A DNA stretch of 64,000 nucleotides, from positions 19,096,001-19,160,000 of the forward strand of contig JBHGNT010000005.1 of assembly GCA_043228905.1 (NCBI GenBank), given 5' to 3'. Below, piece by piece: positions 1 to 13,000 of this stretch (position 1 is its first letter; each line of letters begins with the position of its first letter). Made by a program: the position numbers and the translations under genes. This DNA comes from Azolla caroliniana. Lineage: Eukaryota; Plantae; Polypodiophyta. Below the pieces are notes generated by a model that saw only the letters and a list, made by a program, of their open reading frames with translations, searched no databases and was not told where the DNA came from.

Positions 1-790
1 AGATCAGGCAATCACAATTTTCTGTGCATGTAGGCCCTAGCTTCATGGACCACCATCTCATCACCCTTCTCATTGACAGATAAAGGCCATTATCTCCTGC
101 CATCACAGGTGCTTCCCTCACTTCAGAGACCTCTCCATTCTGGATCGACCTATGCTAGACATCTTTTGAAGGCAAAAAGTACAGTATACATAACTTGAGA
201 GTCTTTAGTCTCTTTTTATTTTAAGTACGTTTTTTTACTCAGTAACGCATACCTAGGATAGCATTCATATTGCCTTGGCTCTCCCTTGGATAGGCTGCTT
301 ATGCTCAACTTGTTGAGATGCAGCCCTTGATACTCTTGAAAGACAATGTGCACGTATCTAGTTTGAAGAATCATGGACAAAATTGTGGTTGTTTGATATA
401 CTTGTAGCATAGACTCTTCATACGGGTAGAAACTTGGGGAACGAACCTTCATGAGGAACAATTTGAGATATTTTGGAGCATCCATTAGTCTCTATGATTG
501 CTTCCATGATAATGCGCTGTGTTTTAGTGCATCTAGACTTAGAACGTTGAGTGCTTGGGGAACAACGTATGTAGATTTATTAATTTAGTTATATTTATTT
601 TGGTCTGTTGTTGTCATAGATAAGAACATTTTAAGATGTTATCTCTTGTTCGTTCTCATAGGCATCTGAAAAGATGCTTATACATCTTTGTTTGTTTCTT
701 ATTTTTCTCCAAGATGCAATAACATTTTTAGGTACAATCTCATACAACTTTTATGTCTCTTAAGAAATGTTACTATTTCTTTCTTTTTAT
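1..790 (+). mobile_element. Fragments of the intronic non-LTR (RTEX/L2-like) family: 3' ORF end, an older RT-thumb piece and decayed tails
   Basis: 1-235 matches the family 3' region (GGAGACCTCTCCATTCTGGATCGACCTATGCTAGA). 250-520 resembles the RT C-terminal region of the 22480 copy. Tail-like sequences lie at ~620 and ~720. Confidence 0.7.
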
Positions 791-1091
791 TTGATATTGG
801 CCTTGGTATCAATATCTGGTTATATAGATCTCTACAGTGGTTTATTTTACAGAATATCACTTAAATTAGGTTGCTAAAGTTTTTGGCTGTTGGATACACT
901 ATGCTTTTGTACGTTCTCAAGACTAGGTGACATGGCAATACTGACAGTTTTCTGCACAAATAATATACAGCTGTCTTTATTATGAAAACAAATAATACGA
1001 TTTTGGAAAATGTTTCCTAGCTCATAAAACTACCATACTGATTTATATGGTTGAAAATATAATTCTAAATGTTGTCTCTATATGAAACTAG

Positions 1092-4000
1092 GACTTAGAC
1101 CACGACATTTTGAAAAGATTTCTGAAATTGTGGGATTTGAAATAAAAGGCGAGGATATGACATCATTTCGTCAACTTTTACGGCTTCAGGCATGTACTTG
1201 TGTGCCCTTCATTCTTAGAAATGTGATTTAGTGCTTTATTTGTTGATGTCCTATCTAACAGTTATTATTATGTTTTAGCCATGTTATAAAGATTGTCGAC
1301 ATTTTGTTAGTGCACATTCATCCAAACATAATCCTGTATAGAATTCAGGACTTGAAACCATTCTGGACTCCAAATTCTGGCTACACAAGTGATTGAAAAC
1401 CTGCCCAAAATTTAAGCTAATAATCTCCCATGTCACTTTCCTAATTTTAACAACATGATTATACTTACTGCATTGTGAAAGCAGCCACTTTCTCTCTGAG
1501 GAAATAGTGCTGTCTTTTAATTTCTTGAGGAGACAGTCGGATATCCATATCTGGGAACTTATCATAGAACAATCTTGAATACTTGCATTTTGACTTTTCT
1601 CTTCCAGTAAGAGGTTCCAATTTAATAAGCGCATTATCGGATGAGTGAATTTTAGAGTTAAAGATCAATCAAGGGATTTCTAGCTGAGAAGATTTGTCAG
1701 CTTCATTGGAAGCATTTGATATTTCTTACAGGCATTTGGATATAGATGGTAAATATTGAAGATTTAGAATCTCAACACTTGTGAGGTCATTTGTAGGTTG
1801 ACGAACATCTTCTGAAACTAGAGGAAATAAGTGAACTTGCGAGTAAAGAATATTCTCTTGAAAAATCTTTGGATCAGATGAAGGCAGACTGGGCTAATTT
1901 GGCATTTGAGGTACAATATTTTCTATGTGAAAAACAAATTTGAACATTCCTGTATTTCGAAATATTATCTGTTAAAATATGTGGATTGCGATTCTTGTTT
2001 TTAAAAGTAGAAGTATTGTCATGTACTGACATTTCCAATCACCAATGTTGCTCTAGAACAATGTGATTATGTAGGATTATTAATATTGGCAGTTTCATGC
2101 ACTTGATAGTGTCCTTGCATCTTCAGCAAAGTTATTTTTGCTGTAGGTAGAGACTGTAGGTGACAAATAGGTGGACATATTATACAAGTCATATTGTTAA
2201 TTTAGAGCATGAACGCCCTAAATTCTCATAAGCCACCTATTGATAGGAAACATCATACAAGAGAGGTTTTGCTTGAAGTGGAGAATCTGTGCATCTTGTT
2301 TTGAAATCTCTCAAGGAAAGTATGTATTGGATGTTTGGCCAGCTGATTACAGCTGTACATGATCTTTCAATATATCTTCCCCTATGAATATTATCTTTAT
2401 ACTGTAGTTTGCTTGTGTAAATGTGATGTGCATCTTGGATTAATGGCCCTTTTTAAAGTTGAATGTATCCATGTTTTAGCATACTTAGTTTTGCATAGGA
2501 GGCTTTCCAGTATCAAAGTTTTTGTTTTTGTGGTTTATATGGCCTCTTTTAATGACTTGATTGGGTTCCATTACCTCTCTCATGGAGCTAATCACCTGAT
2601 TTATACATTAGGCCTCTTTGTACAAAGAAACTGGAACGTATATATTGAAGGGTGCACCTATTGAGGAATCCCAAATTTTATTGGAGGAGCAAGTTATAAA
2701 GACACAAAACATGTTCTCATCTGCATTTGCTCAGTTCTTCTCTGAAAGGATCTCAAAATGGTTAAAAAAAGTAAGTTTTATAAGAAATTGAGCTATTTAG
2801 ATTTGTTCAGCCCAATAATTATCAACTTAGCTAGTATTTTCATGCATGTTTGTGTATTTCTTCAACATGACTCTTTTACCCACATTGTCTTGTTGAGAAG
2901 ATGATAATGATACAATGCAAATTGAACTATTTTTCCATTAATAATTTTTCGTACAGTTGATCACCTGCCATGTGAATCCACCATGTTTACTCCACAAAAT
3001 TTAAGAAACCCCATTGATCAGCTACCATTTGAAAAAGCTCAAAATCATGACGGATTGGCACATGAGCATTTTTTTTTTGGCCGTTACCAAGCACACATCT
3101 TTAATAGAGCTATGTGTGAAGGTTTCCCTAATACCTGGACTGAATATATTGTGCCAAACATCAAAACCCCACAATGCTGAACAATAGGGCAATCATGATT
3201 GGCCATTACTTGGCGAAGTTATATGCGTCAATCCTAGGGTTGGACAGAGGAATGGTTACTGTTCAGCTGGACAGGTAATCTTTTGAAAGGGTTCACAACT
3301 TTGGATCACATGTTGACCCTCTGACCCTTACCGAGGAGGGCAGAGGCCACAAAAAGAGGATATATTATTGTTTTGTAGATTTCCGAAATGAACATTGTAC
3401 TACATGCTATCCTCATGCTGTGGCTAGAAGCCATTGGTGTCCCCATGGATATGCAATGGGGAATCTGTGTCAAGGAAACTGTGATCTCCTGATGGGTTCT
3501 CTGAGGCTGTACTGTTTGTGACTGTACTGGTTTTTATGGAATGAGAAGGAGATAGAATTGCCTCTTTAAGCATGTTTTTGGCACACTATAACAAGGTATA
3601 TGAGCACAAATTATGCCCGGTCTGTTCTTGCTAGAGCTCCCTCGATATAACTCCAGTAACCTTGCCTGACTAGGTACTGGTGTTTGCCGAACTTCTCAGT
3701 TGGAACTGTGCCACCCATCTTTGCATTCATCTTTGTGATCAACCTATAGTAGAGACATTTCGTAGACAAAAAATACAATATATCTGACTTGAGAATCTTA
3801 CTTGTACCGATAACAAGATTCTTTAATCTTTTTTTATCTTATTTACTCTTTTTACTCATTAACATTTATTTATTTTCATTTGTTTTTCTGAAGATGAGAC
3901 AACACTTACGATGTTATCTCTTGTTTGGTCTTAGAGGCCGTTTTGGCCAGTTAAAAGAAGTTAATATATCTTTTGGTCTTTCGTTCTTTCTTTCTTTCAA

Positions 4001-7000
4001 ATATCACTCTATGCTGATGATATTGTGCTGATTTCTGACTCTCTGAAGGGACTACAAACGCATCTAAATGCCTTAAAGAAATTTTGTACGGACAAAGTTT
4101 TGTCGATAAACATGGATAAAACTAAAGTGATGGTGTTTAACACAAGCATGGGTGACAAGATCAAAACCAGAATTCTTCTTTGGAGAAGAAAAGGTGGCAT
4201 ACACACCCTCCTACACATACATAGGAGTAACATTTACCAGGTTTAGTTTCTTACTACGGAAGGCTGCTTGTGCCCGACTTTCTCGTGGATATGCAGCCCG
4301 TGATGCTCTTGAAAGGAAATATGCACATTTGCAGCTCCAAGATTATTGCTCAGGCTGGTGGAAGCTCCCCATTCTACCGGAATTCCCTCGGCTGCTTTGA
4401 CCTTCTTGCTGCCTGGAATTAAACTGTTGTGGACCTCATCCACATCTTCCTCGACCTTTCGCACTAGAAGTTGACTTGAGGCAGCAATTACGACTGTGTA
4501 TCTCATCAATGGGTGCACGACCGAGGGTGTCCATGACATCACCCCTCACAAGAAGTATTTTGGGAGAAAGCCAGACCTTTCGCACTAGAAGTTTTTGGCA
4601 GCATTGCATATGTGCATGTGGAGAATCAGCACCACAAAAAGCATCATAGAAGAGGAAGACTTTTCAAAGCCTGGAATTTTTAGGTCAGAGATAAGCCTGA
4701 CCCTGTTGGCACCCTTGACAAGGCCAAAATTTTGGATCGGCAAGATCGACCTTACCAGATCAAGATCAAGTACTTGACCTTGAGGGAGCGGGTTGAGAAT
4801 CAAGCTCAACTCGTGTGAACATGTGATTATGAAGAAAAACACAATGTGTGAAAAAGTGCGTGAGCATACTTTATTGTAATCTGTTTAGTTGTCAAGTGTA
4901 AATGTGGTCAAAGAATATCAGATATTCTTATGACAGAATCGTACTCGAGTGCATATCTTGATATGATTCCACCAACCACATTTAATGTTGCAGTCCCTTG
5001 AGGACTTGTATATAATACCTTCTTGGCCCATTGTGTTTTGCTGATGATCTTTAGTTGATTAATATAGTTTACAATAGATCGGGGAATAGCAAATTGTTGT
5101 GCATGTAGGCCCCGGCCCCATGGACCGCGTGTTTAGCACCCTTATCATCGACTAATAAAGGCCATTATCTCCCGCCATCGCAGGTGCTTCCGTTGCTTTG
5201 GAGACCTCTCCATTCTAGATCGACCTATGCTAGAGATCTTTCAAAGCCAAAGGATACAATATATCTGACTTGAGAATCTTACATATGCTGATAACAAGAT
5301 TCTTTAGTCTCTTTTTATCTAGTTTACTTTATGTTTACTTAGTAACATTTATTTTATTTTGACTTGATGTTCTCAAAGACGAGACAACAGTTACGATGTA
5401 ATCTCTTGTTTGGTCTTATAGTCCATATTGGCCTCTTAAAAGACGTTAATGTATCTTTCTTTCTTTCATTCTTTCATTCTATGACATTTTATCAGCACAG
5501 TTTATATTTGTAAACATGACTGGTTGCAGTGGTTGGTGTATGTTAATAAGTGTAGTAACCCATACATTCAAGATAATAATATCGGGATTTCTTCAACTCA
5601 GTTAGCAGGAAGGATAAATCCACATATTTACTAACAATTAATCATTTTAGATAACAAGGCTACAAGCTATCTTAGTTGAGTGGCTAAAGATGCAAGCATC
5701 ATGGATGTACTTGGAACCTATATTTGGATCAGAAGACATAATCAATCAAATGCCCAAAGAGGGAAAAGCATTCCATGCTTCTGACAAGGTTTGGCGAAGG
5801 ATAGTGGCATCTATCATGAGAATCAAAACTATAATTGAGGTAAAAACACAAAACGATTTTGCCAATCATGTAACAAGAGTAAAGAATGAGAAATCTTTCG
5901 TTCATAACATTGGGTGCTAGCCTAATAATGATAGCTATCAGGCTGCAGATATTCCAGAGTTACTTGAGGACTTGAAAGCCAGCAATGAGACTTTGGATGT
6001 AGTACAGAAGGGATTGAACCATTACCTTGAGACAAAACGTCTTGCTTTTCCACGTTTCTTTTTTTTGTCAAATGATGAGCTGCTAGAAATATTGTCAGAA
6101 ACAAAAGATCCTCTTAAGGTTCAGCCTTTTCTCAAAAAGTGCTTCGAGGGAATCAGTACCTTGGAGTTCCAACAAAATCTTGATATTACTGCCATGCTTA
6201 GTGTGGAGAAGGAGAGAGTACCATTTGTAAAGAAAATCAATCCAAAGGGTGCAGCAGGTAATGTGGAGAAATGGCTGATACAAATAGAAGAGGTTATGAA
6301 GGAAAGTCTCAAGGTAAATGAGTAGACCTTGTAGCTTCAGTTACATTAATATTTATATGATCAATTTAAAAATGACGTCATGATTGGATCAGGTTCTTGT
6401 CCAAAAAGCATCCGCTAACTATGTAACAGTACCTCGTGAGAAATGGATCCTGAAGTGGCCTGGGATGGTAGTCCTGTGTGGATCACAGATACACTGGACG
6501 AAGGAAGTTGCAGACGCCATTGGAAATGGAGGAGCAGGTCTAATGCATTATGAAGATAAGTGCACAGATCAACTGCAAGCCCTTGTGAAACTTGTAAAGA
6601 TCAACCTATGTTACCTTTGTTTATTTAGCAAATCTGACATGAGTGTGAAGTGCTAATTTAAAATGGATTTGGATTGATAGGTTCGAAGTAATCTTACTAA
6701 TATGGAGCGGTTGACAATTGGGGCATTAGTAGTAATTGATGTCCATGCCAGGGATGTTGTCAGTCTGCTGAAAGATCAAGGAATATTAAATGAAACTGAT
6801 TTTGAATGGTTGAGTCAGTTACGATATTACTTAGAAAATGATGTGGTAAATGTAACTTGTTTTTTAATATAATGTGGTTTTCTGCTTAGAAATGTTTGGT
6901 ATTCTTGTCATTTCACAAATATACTTGTCTTGAAAAAGGCATAATTACTTGAATTGTTACTAAATTATGCCAGACTTTGTAGGTTATTGTTCGAATGGTA

Positions 7001-10000
7001 AATGCTTCTCGAATGTATGGCTATGAGTATTTGGGTAATAGCAATAGATTAGTGATCACTCCATTGACAGATCGTTGTTATCGGACTTTGATGGGAGCAT
7101 TACATCTGAACCTTGGAGGAGCTCCTGAAGGACCAGCTGGAACAGGGAAGACAGAGACAACAAAAGATCTTGCGAAGGTTAATTGATAAGAAATTTAATA
7201 CTGGAAGGTTTAAAAGATATGCTGACCTTTTTTCATATCTTTGTGTATTGTAGGCTATTGCAATGCAATGTGTTGTATTTAACTGCTCCGATGGATTGGA
7301 CTATTTGGCAATGGGGAAGTTCTTCAAAGGCCTTGCTAGCTCAGGAGCTTGGGCTTGCTTTGATGAATTTAATCGCATTGACTTGGAAGTACTTTCAGTT
7401 ATAGCACAGCAAATCCTGACAATACAAAGAGCAATTATGACAGGAGTGAAAACATTTCTCTTTGAAGGAACTGAGCTGAGAATCATACCTACCTGCTCAG
7501 TTTTTATTACCATGAACCCGGGATATGCTGGCAGATCAGAGCTTCCAGATAACTTAAAAGCGCTTTTCAGGCCAGTTGCTATGATGGTTCCAAACTATGC
7601 TATGATAGGGTATGTCAACTCAGCAGATAAATGTGTTTATGGAATATAAGATAGAAACTTACTCAATAGCATCCATCCTTCGATGCTTTTGGATATCAAC
7701 AACTTAACTTATCGACGTTCAATTTTCATGAGTAGGCATTATTTATTCCTGTATGCATCTTTTCCCCGGCATGCTGTTCACAAATCATTGTGAGATTAGG
7801 AGAATTCAGATAATATCTGTGTTGGTGACAGATCCTCTTTTAGTGTGTAAAAATTATTTTCCATCACATGCACCTAGCTACTTTGCTATAAAAGTGTGTG
7901 CTATTAAGCTATGGGCTATAACAATATAAACATGTGAGCAAACTGTGCTAGTTATTGGCTTTAGAGTGTGATTTAGAGCTCTCTGAATGCTAGCATTTCT
8001 TTCATTATTTGGGGAAAACTTGCCACTGCCACTAATATCGTAGAAGCTCAAACCCTCTCAAAAGTTAGAAAGAATGTGCCCTTTCATTCGTACCATTGGA
8101 GTTTATAGGTTGGGAATCTCATTTCTTAACATGGTTGGATTGCCTTATGGTCTAAAGTATATCCGCACGTAACCTGAATTATACAAGGACATTCGAATAC
8201 AATATTAGATGCAAGGACAGTTACTGGACTTGAATAGGAGAACCATTCATTTATTGCATAGGGTGGCATATATATTGGGTTGACATTTCAAACTTCTTAT
8301 GCAGAGAAATCACCCTTTATTCATATGGTTATGGGCAAGCACGAGATATGGCTAGAAAACTTGTGGCAACTTACCGGCTTTGCAGTGAACAGTTATCTTC
8401 ACAGGTTAATTTTGTGATTGACTGATCTACATATATTTTTCTTAAGAGATGTTAATAGACATGTTTTTCTCTTTACTCCTGAATGTTTATCATCACAGAT
8501 TTATGTCCTTTTGTAGGATCACTATGATTATGGGATGAGAGCAGTGATAGCTGTTCTAAGAGCAGCTGGTAATTTAAAGAGAAAGTACGGTGATGAAGAT
8601 GAATCAGTTTTAGTACTCAGAGCGATCAGAGATGTTAACCTTCCAAAGTTTCTCACACATGACATACCTCTTTTTGAAGGAATCATGTCAGATTTGTTTC
8701 CTGGTGTGGTATGTTCTTATCAGAAAACTTAGATTTCTATCTATCTTAGATATTCTTTGTAAGTTTTTATTAAAAATGTTTATATTACATAAAGCAGTAC
8801 CAATATTTAGTAAGAGAGCTCCATCTACAGAGATCATATATTATTGTCTCTTAGGTGGTTAGCACCACTTGAGCATGGGCAACGAGATCAGAACCACAAT
8901 TCTTCTTGAAAGAGGAAGATATGGCATACACAGAATCACACCCATATCTAGCAGTAACATTGATAAGCCTAGGGGTTCGATGCCATTTTCATAATGGTGC
9001 ATTAGTTCACTAAGATTGTGCATTTCCTTGCATCATCAAGGCTATGAATAGGTAAGAAGCAACAAACCTAGTTATGAAAGAAGTATTTAGGAATCACAAT
9101 TTCCTATATGACATTATTAGTGATCATGGGACACAATTCATCTAGAAAGAACCTCCCATCTTTGATATACTTCTAATACAAATTCTTCTTTATGGACGAG
9201 AGATTTGGGGACCAAGCCTTGATAGGGCACATTCAGATGTGTGACTAGTATTCAATGTGTTTGGGAGATCTCCCTAAGAAAGGTATTCAAGACTGGCACT
9301 TATGCCCTCAAGACTACTAGCTATGTCCATTCCAAATTCCACAACATATCTAAAATGGAAAAGTATAGAGTGACCTGAGCTTAATGAAAGATCATTGTTC
9401 AACCCCATAACATCTCTTGGTAGGAAAATGGCCGACTATAAGGCACTCTTTTTTACACACATCGTAGGATTGATTTATTATTAAGCTTACTTTAACAGAT
9501 ACGCATCAGTCAGGAATTTAGATAGGTAGATATGCATGCAAAACGATGGAAGAATGGACTTGCAAATTATGCCATTGGAGGGTGGAATTGGAATAACAAC
9601 GTCTGCTAGTGTGCGTTTTTCATACTGCTTCCTATTCAAACAAGGCTTTGGCCCACTAGACAAAGCAATGGATAAAAGACTAATGGTTCTTGGATTTGTG
9701 CTTTCTAGAATGCCAAAGACATAAGAGAAGTTACAGAACAACAATACAACCACAACAGCTCTATGAACAAAGAAAAATAACAATTTTCATTAGCTCCATC
9801 ACTCGTTCTCAAATCAAGGACTACATAAGTAGGGTTTGATCAACATGCTAAGAAAGGGGTTACTCTAAATGTCTCCAAGATACTTAACAACAAATAAAAC
9901 CCATTATCATCTCCCTCACTCTGGAGATCTCTCTATCTTGGAGCAACCCATGTTGGAGATGTTTCGAAAGCAGAATTTTTGGTCTCTCTAAGTTCAAAAT

Positions 10001-13000
10001 CTTAAGTGTAGATGAGGCAGATATATGGAAAACCCCACATAGAAAAAGAAAGAAAGATACATCAACATCTTCAGAGGCGAAAATGCCTTATAGGACCAAA
10101 CAAGAGATTACATCGTAAAATGTTGTCACATATTTGAGAATAGCAAGCCAAACTAAATGTAACTAAGGAAAAACGTAAATAGAAATAGAATAAGACATGC
10201 CTAAAGAATCTTATCATGTATACATGTAAGATTCTCATATCAGATATATCATCATTTTTGTCTTCGGAAGATCTCTAGCATAGGTTCATCTAGAAGGAAA
10301 TGAAAGTGGGTGCCAGACTAAGTCAGATATATTGTAATTTTTGTTTTCAAAAGATTTCTAGCTTAGGTCGATCCAGAATGGACAGGTCTCTGAAGCGAGG
10401 AAAGCACCTGCAATTGCAGGAGATAATGGCCTTTATTTGTCAATGATGAGGGTGGTGTGGTCCACGAGATCTACATGCACTACAAATTGTGATTGCATGA
10501 TCTATTGTAACCCCTTTGCAATGTCCTTCAACATTTGATTGCCTTGTAGCATGAGTAATAGTGATGGGGCTAAAGAAAACTGTGATTGTTCTTTGTTGAT
10601 GAACTTGTGTGGCTGTATTATTGTCCTTCAACAACTTTTCCTTGTGTCTCCTGAGTTCTAGCAAGAAAAACCCCAAACACCTTTGGTCCTCATATTCCAT
10701 TACCTTGCTTAATGAGCCAAAGGCTTATTTAAAGATGCAATGGTGTCTCCCTCTTATTTGATAAAAACCACTACACTGACAAACATAATGTTCTTCAGAT
10801 TCCACTCCTTGATGACACAATTGGCAAATTCTTTCTTCTAGAGGTATCCTTGCATATCTGCCTTCCTCAAATCTCTAACTGATGTAGTGAAGTTCGCAAC
10901 CACCCTATGACACTGTGCAGTGCATAGGATAGATGTATGTCCATATCCCAAGTGATATTTTGGGGCTGATCCATGTTATTTTGTTTTCCAAGTTAATAAT
11001 ATCAGGTCAAATCATTCTATTATTTTCCACTTCGGTCATATTAGATGGGGACAATCCAAGATATATTGGAATAGGGTAGTCATTTACGCTTATGCCCTGT
11101 GACATGAACAATTGTTGCATTTGAGCATATCAACAATGAATGTCTCCATGTCTAACAAGTTGTTTTGATGACATTAGTGCCAACCTTGAGTACCTTCATT
11201 TAGGGTGCTTTCAAAGCCATTGGCTGGAGTTGACTGATCGGAATAATGCCTGTCATTCAGCTGAACTGGCATGTTTCTGAAGGGGTTCACAACTTCGGGT
11301 CACATATTAACACTTTGAGCACTATAAAACTATTGTGACAGGCAGGTTTCTGAGCTAAGAAAGCATAAAAGGAAAATCTATTGTTGCTCTGTGGATTTCC
11401 GGAAACTGTACTAAGTTCAGCAGCGATAAAAACCCTTGTATTCCAAGTAGGTACTCTCTTCATTCTCTAAGTGGTGGTGTTTAACACCAATCAAGCATAG
11501 GCAATGAGATCAGAACCACAACTGTTCTTTGGAGAGGAAGAGGTGACATACATATTATCCTACTCATATTTACAGGTAACATTTATAGGTCCTTGGTTCT
11601 CCATACAAAAGTCTGCCTGTGCTCAACTTTCACAGCTATATGCAACATTTATGTGCCCTTGAAAGACAGCTCTGTAATTTTGGTACCCATGAACTAAATT
11701 GTGCTTGTTTGACCAACTCAATTTGGGATTCTCTATTCACTTCTATGTTAATTTTCATTTATTTGTTCTTCTCAAAGATGAGACAACATTTTGAGATGTA
11801 ATCTGTGTTTTGATCTTCTAGGCTATTTTGCCCTCTAAAAACGCTTTAATATATCTTTCTTTCTTGGTTTAAATGGTCAGCCATTTTATTTATGTTTCAT
11901 GTATGGCTTCTTGATATATTGTTTTACATGTTCATTTGATTTCCTGAGTTTCGTTGATAGATTTTTTGAATGCTGTAATCAACCTACTGTTATTATCTAG
12001 TCTTAAACACTGACTTGTTCATTTGCAGGTTTTACCAAAACCTGATTATGAGGCTTTTATAACTGCTATAAAATCAAATTGTGAGAAACTGGGTCTGATA
12101 GCAGTTGATACATTCATCACAAAAGTTCTCGAACTTTATGAAATGATTGTTGTACGACATGGACTCATGTTAGTAGGGTATTCTTTTGGAGCAAAAACCA
12201 GTATGTATAGAGTTCTTGCAGGTGTATTGACTGATCTTTCTGCCAAGGGCCTAGAAACAAAAACAAAGTAAGTATTGGTTGCTACATTGTCTAGATGAAT
12301 TACATGATGCCCTTTAATCCTTTTCCATTCACTTGCATATGCAGGTTTGATGTGCTGAACCCAAAATCAATAACAATGGGCCAGTTATATGGTCAATTTG
12401 ATGCTGTGTCTCATGAATGGACAGATGGTGTGTTAGCGAGACTGTTCAGGAGTCAGGCATCAGATCCAAGTCCTGAAAGAAAGTGGCTTGTATTTGATGG
12501 TCCTGTAGATGCAATCTGGATAGAGAACATGAACACGGTAATAAATGCTTTTAATATTGTGTGAAAAAGAAGGCATTTCCTGTACTCTGGTTAATTTTGC
12601 ATAACTATATATCATGTTAAAAGAAGGCATCCAACAAATGTTAAATGGTGAATATGTGTCATGTTTGATCAGGTTTTAGATGACAATAAAAAGCTTTGCC
12701 TCATGAGTGGGGAAATTATTCAAATGTCAACAACAATGAATTTGATATTTGAGGTTCAAGACCTAGCAGTTGCATCACCTGCGACTGTATCACGTTGCGG
12801 AATGGTTTATGTTGAGCCTCTAGCTATTGGCTGGCGACCTATCTTGGAATCTTGGAGTGCATCTCTTCCAGAGACATTATCAGGAAAATATTGTGATCAG
12901 ATAGTGAATCTATGTGATTGGTTATTGCCACCGTGTTTGCATTGTGTTCGTAAACATTGCAAGCTCATGATGCCTATGCAGGTATGATCACATTAAAATA

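Noticed and set aside
852-926. Extra dynein exon upstream of 1092
   Set aside because: No frame gives dynein-like sequence leading into GLRPRH; the previous exon is probably outside the window.
7874-8173. 300-nt AG/GT-bounded antisense segment as another exon relic
   Set aside because: The best frame has 4 stops in 99 codons, close to chance, and no motif.
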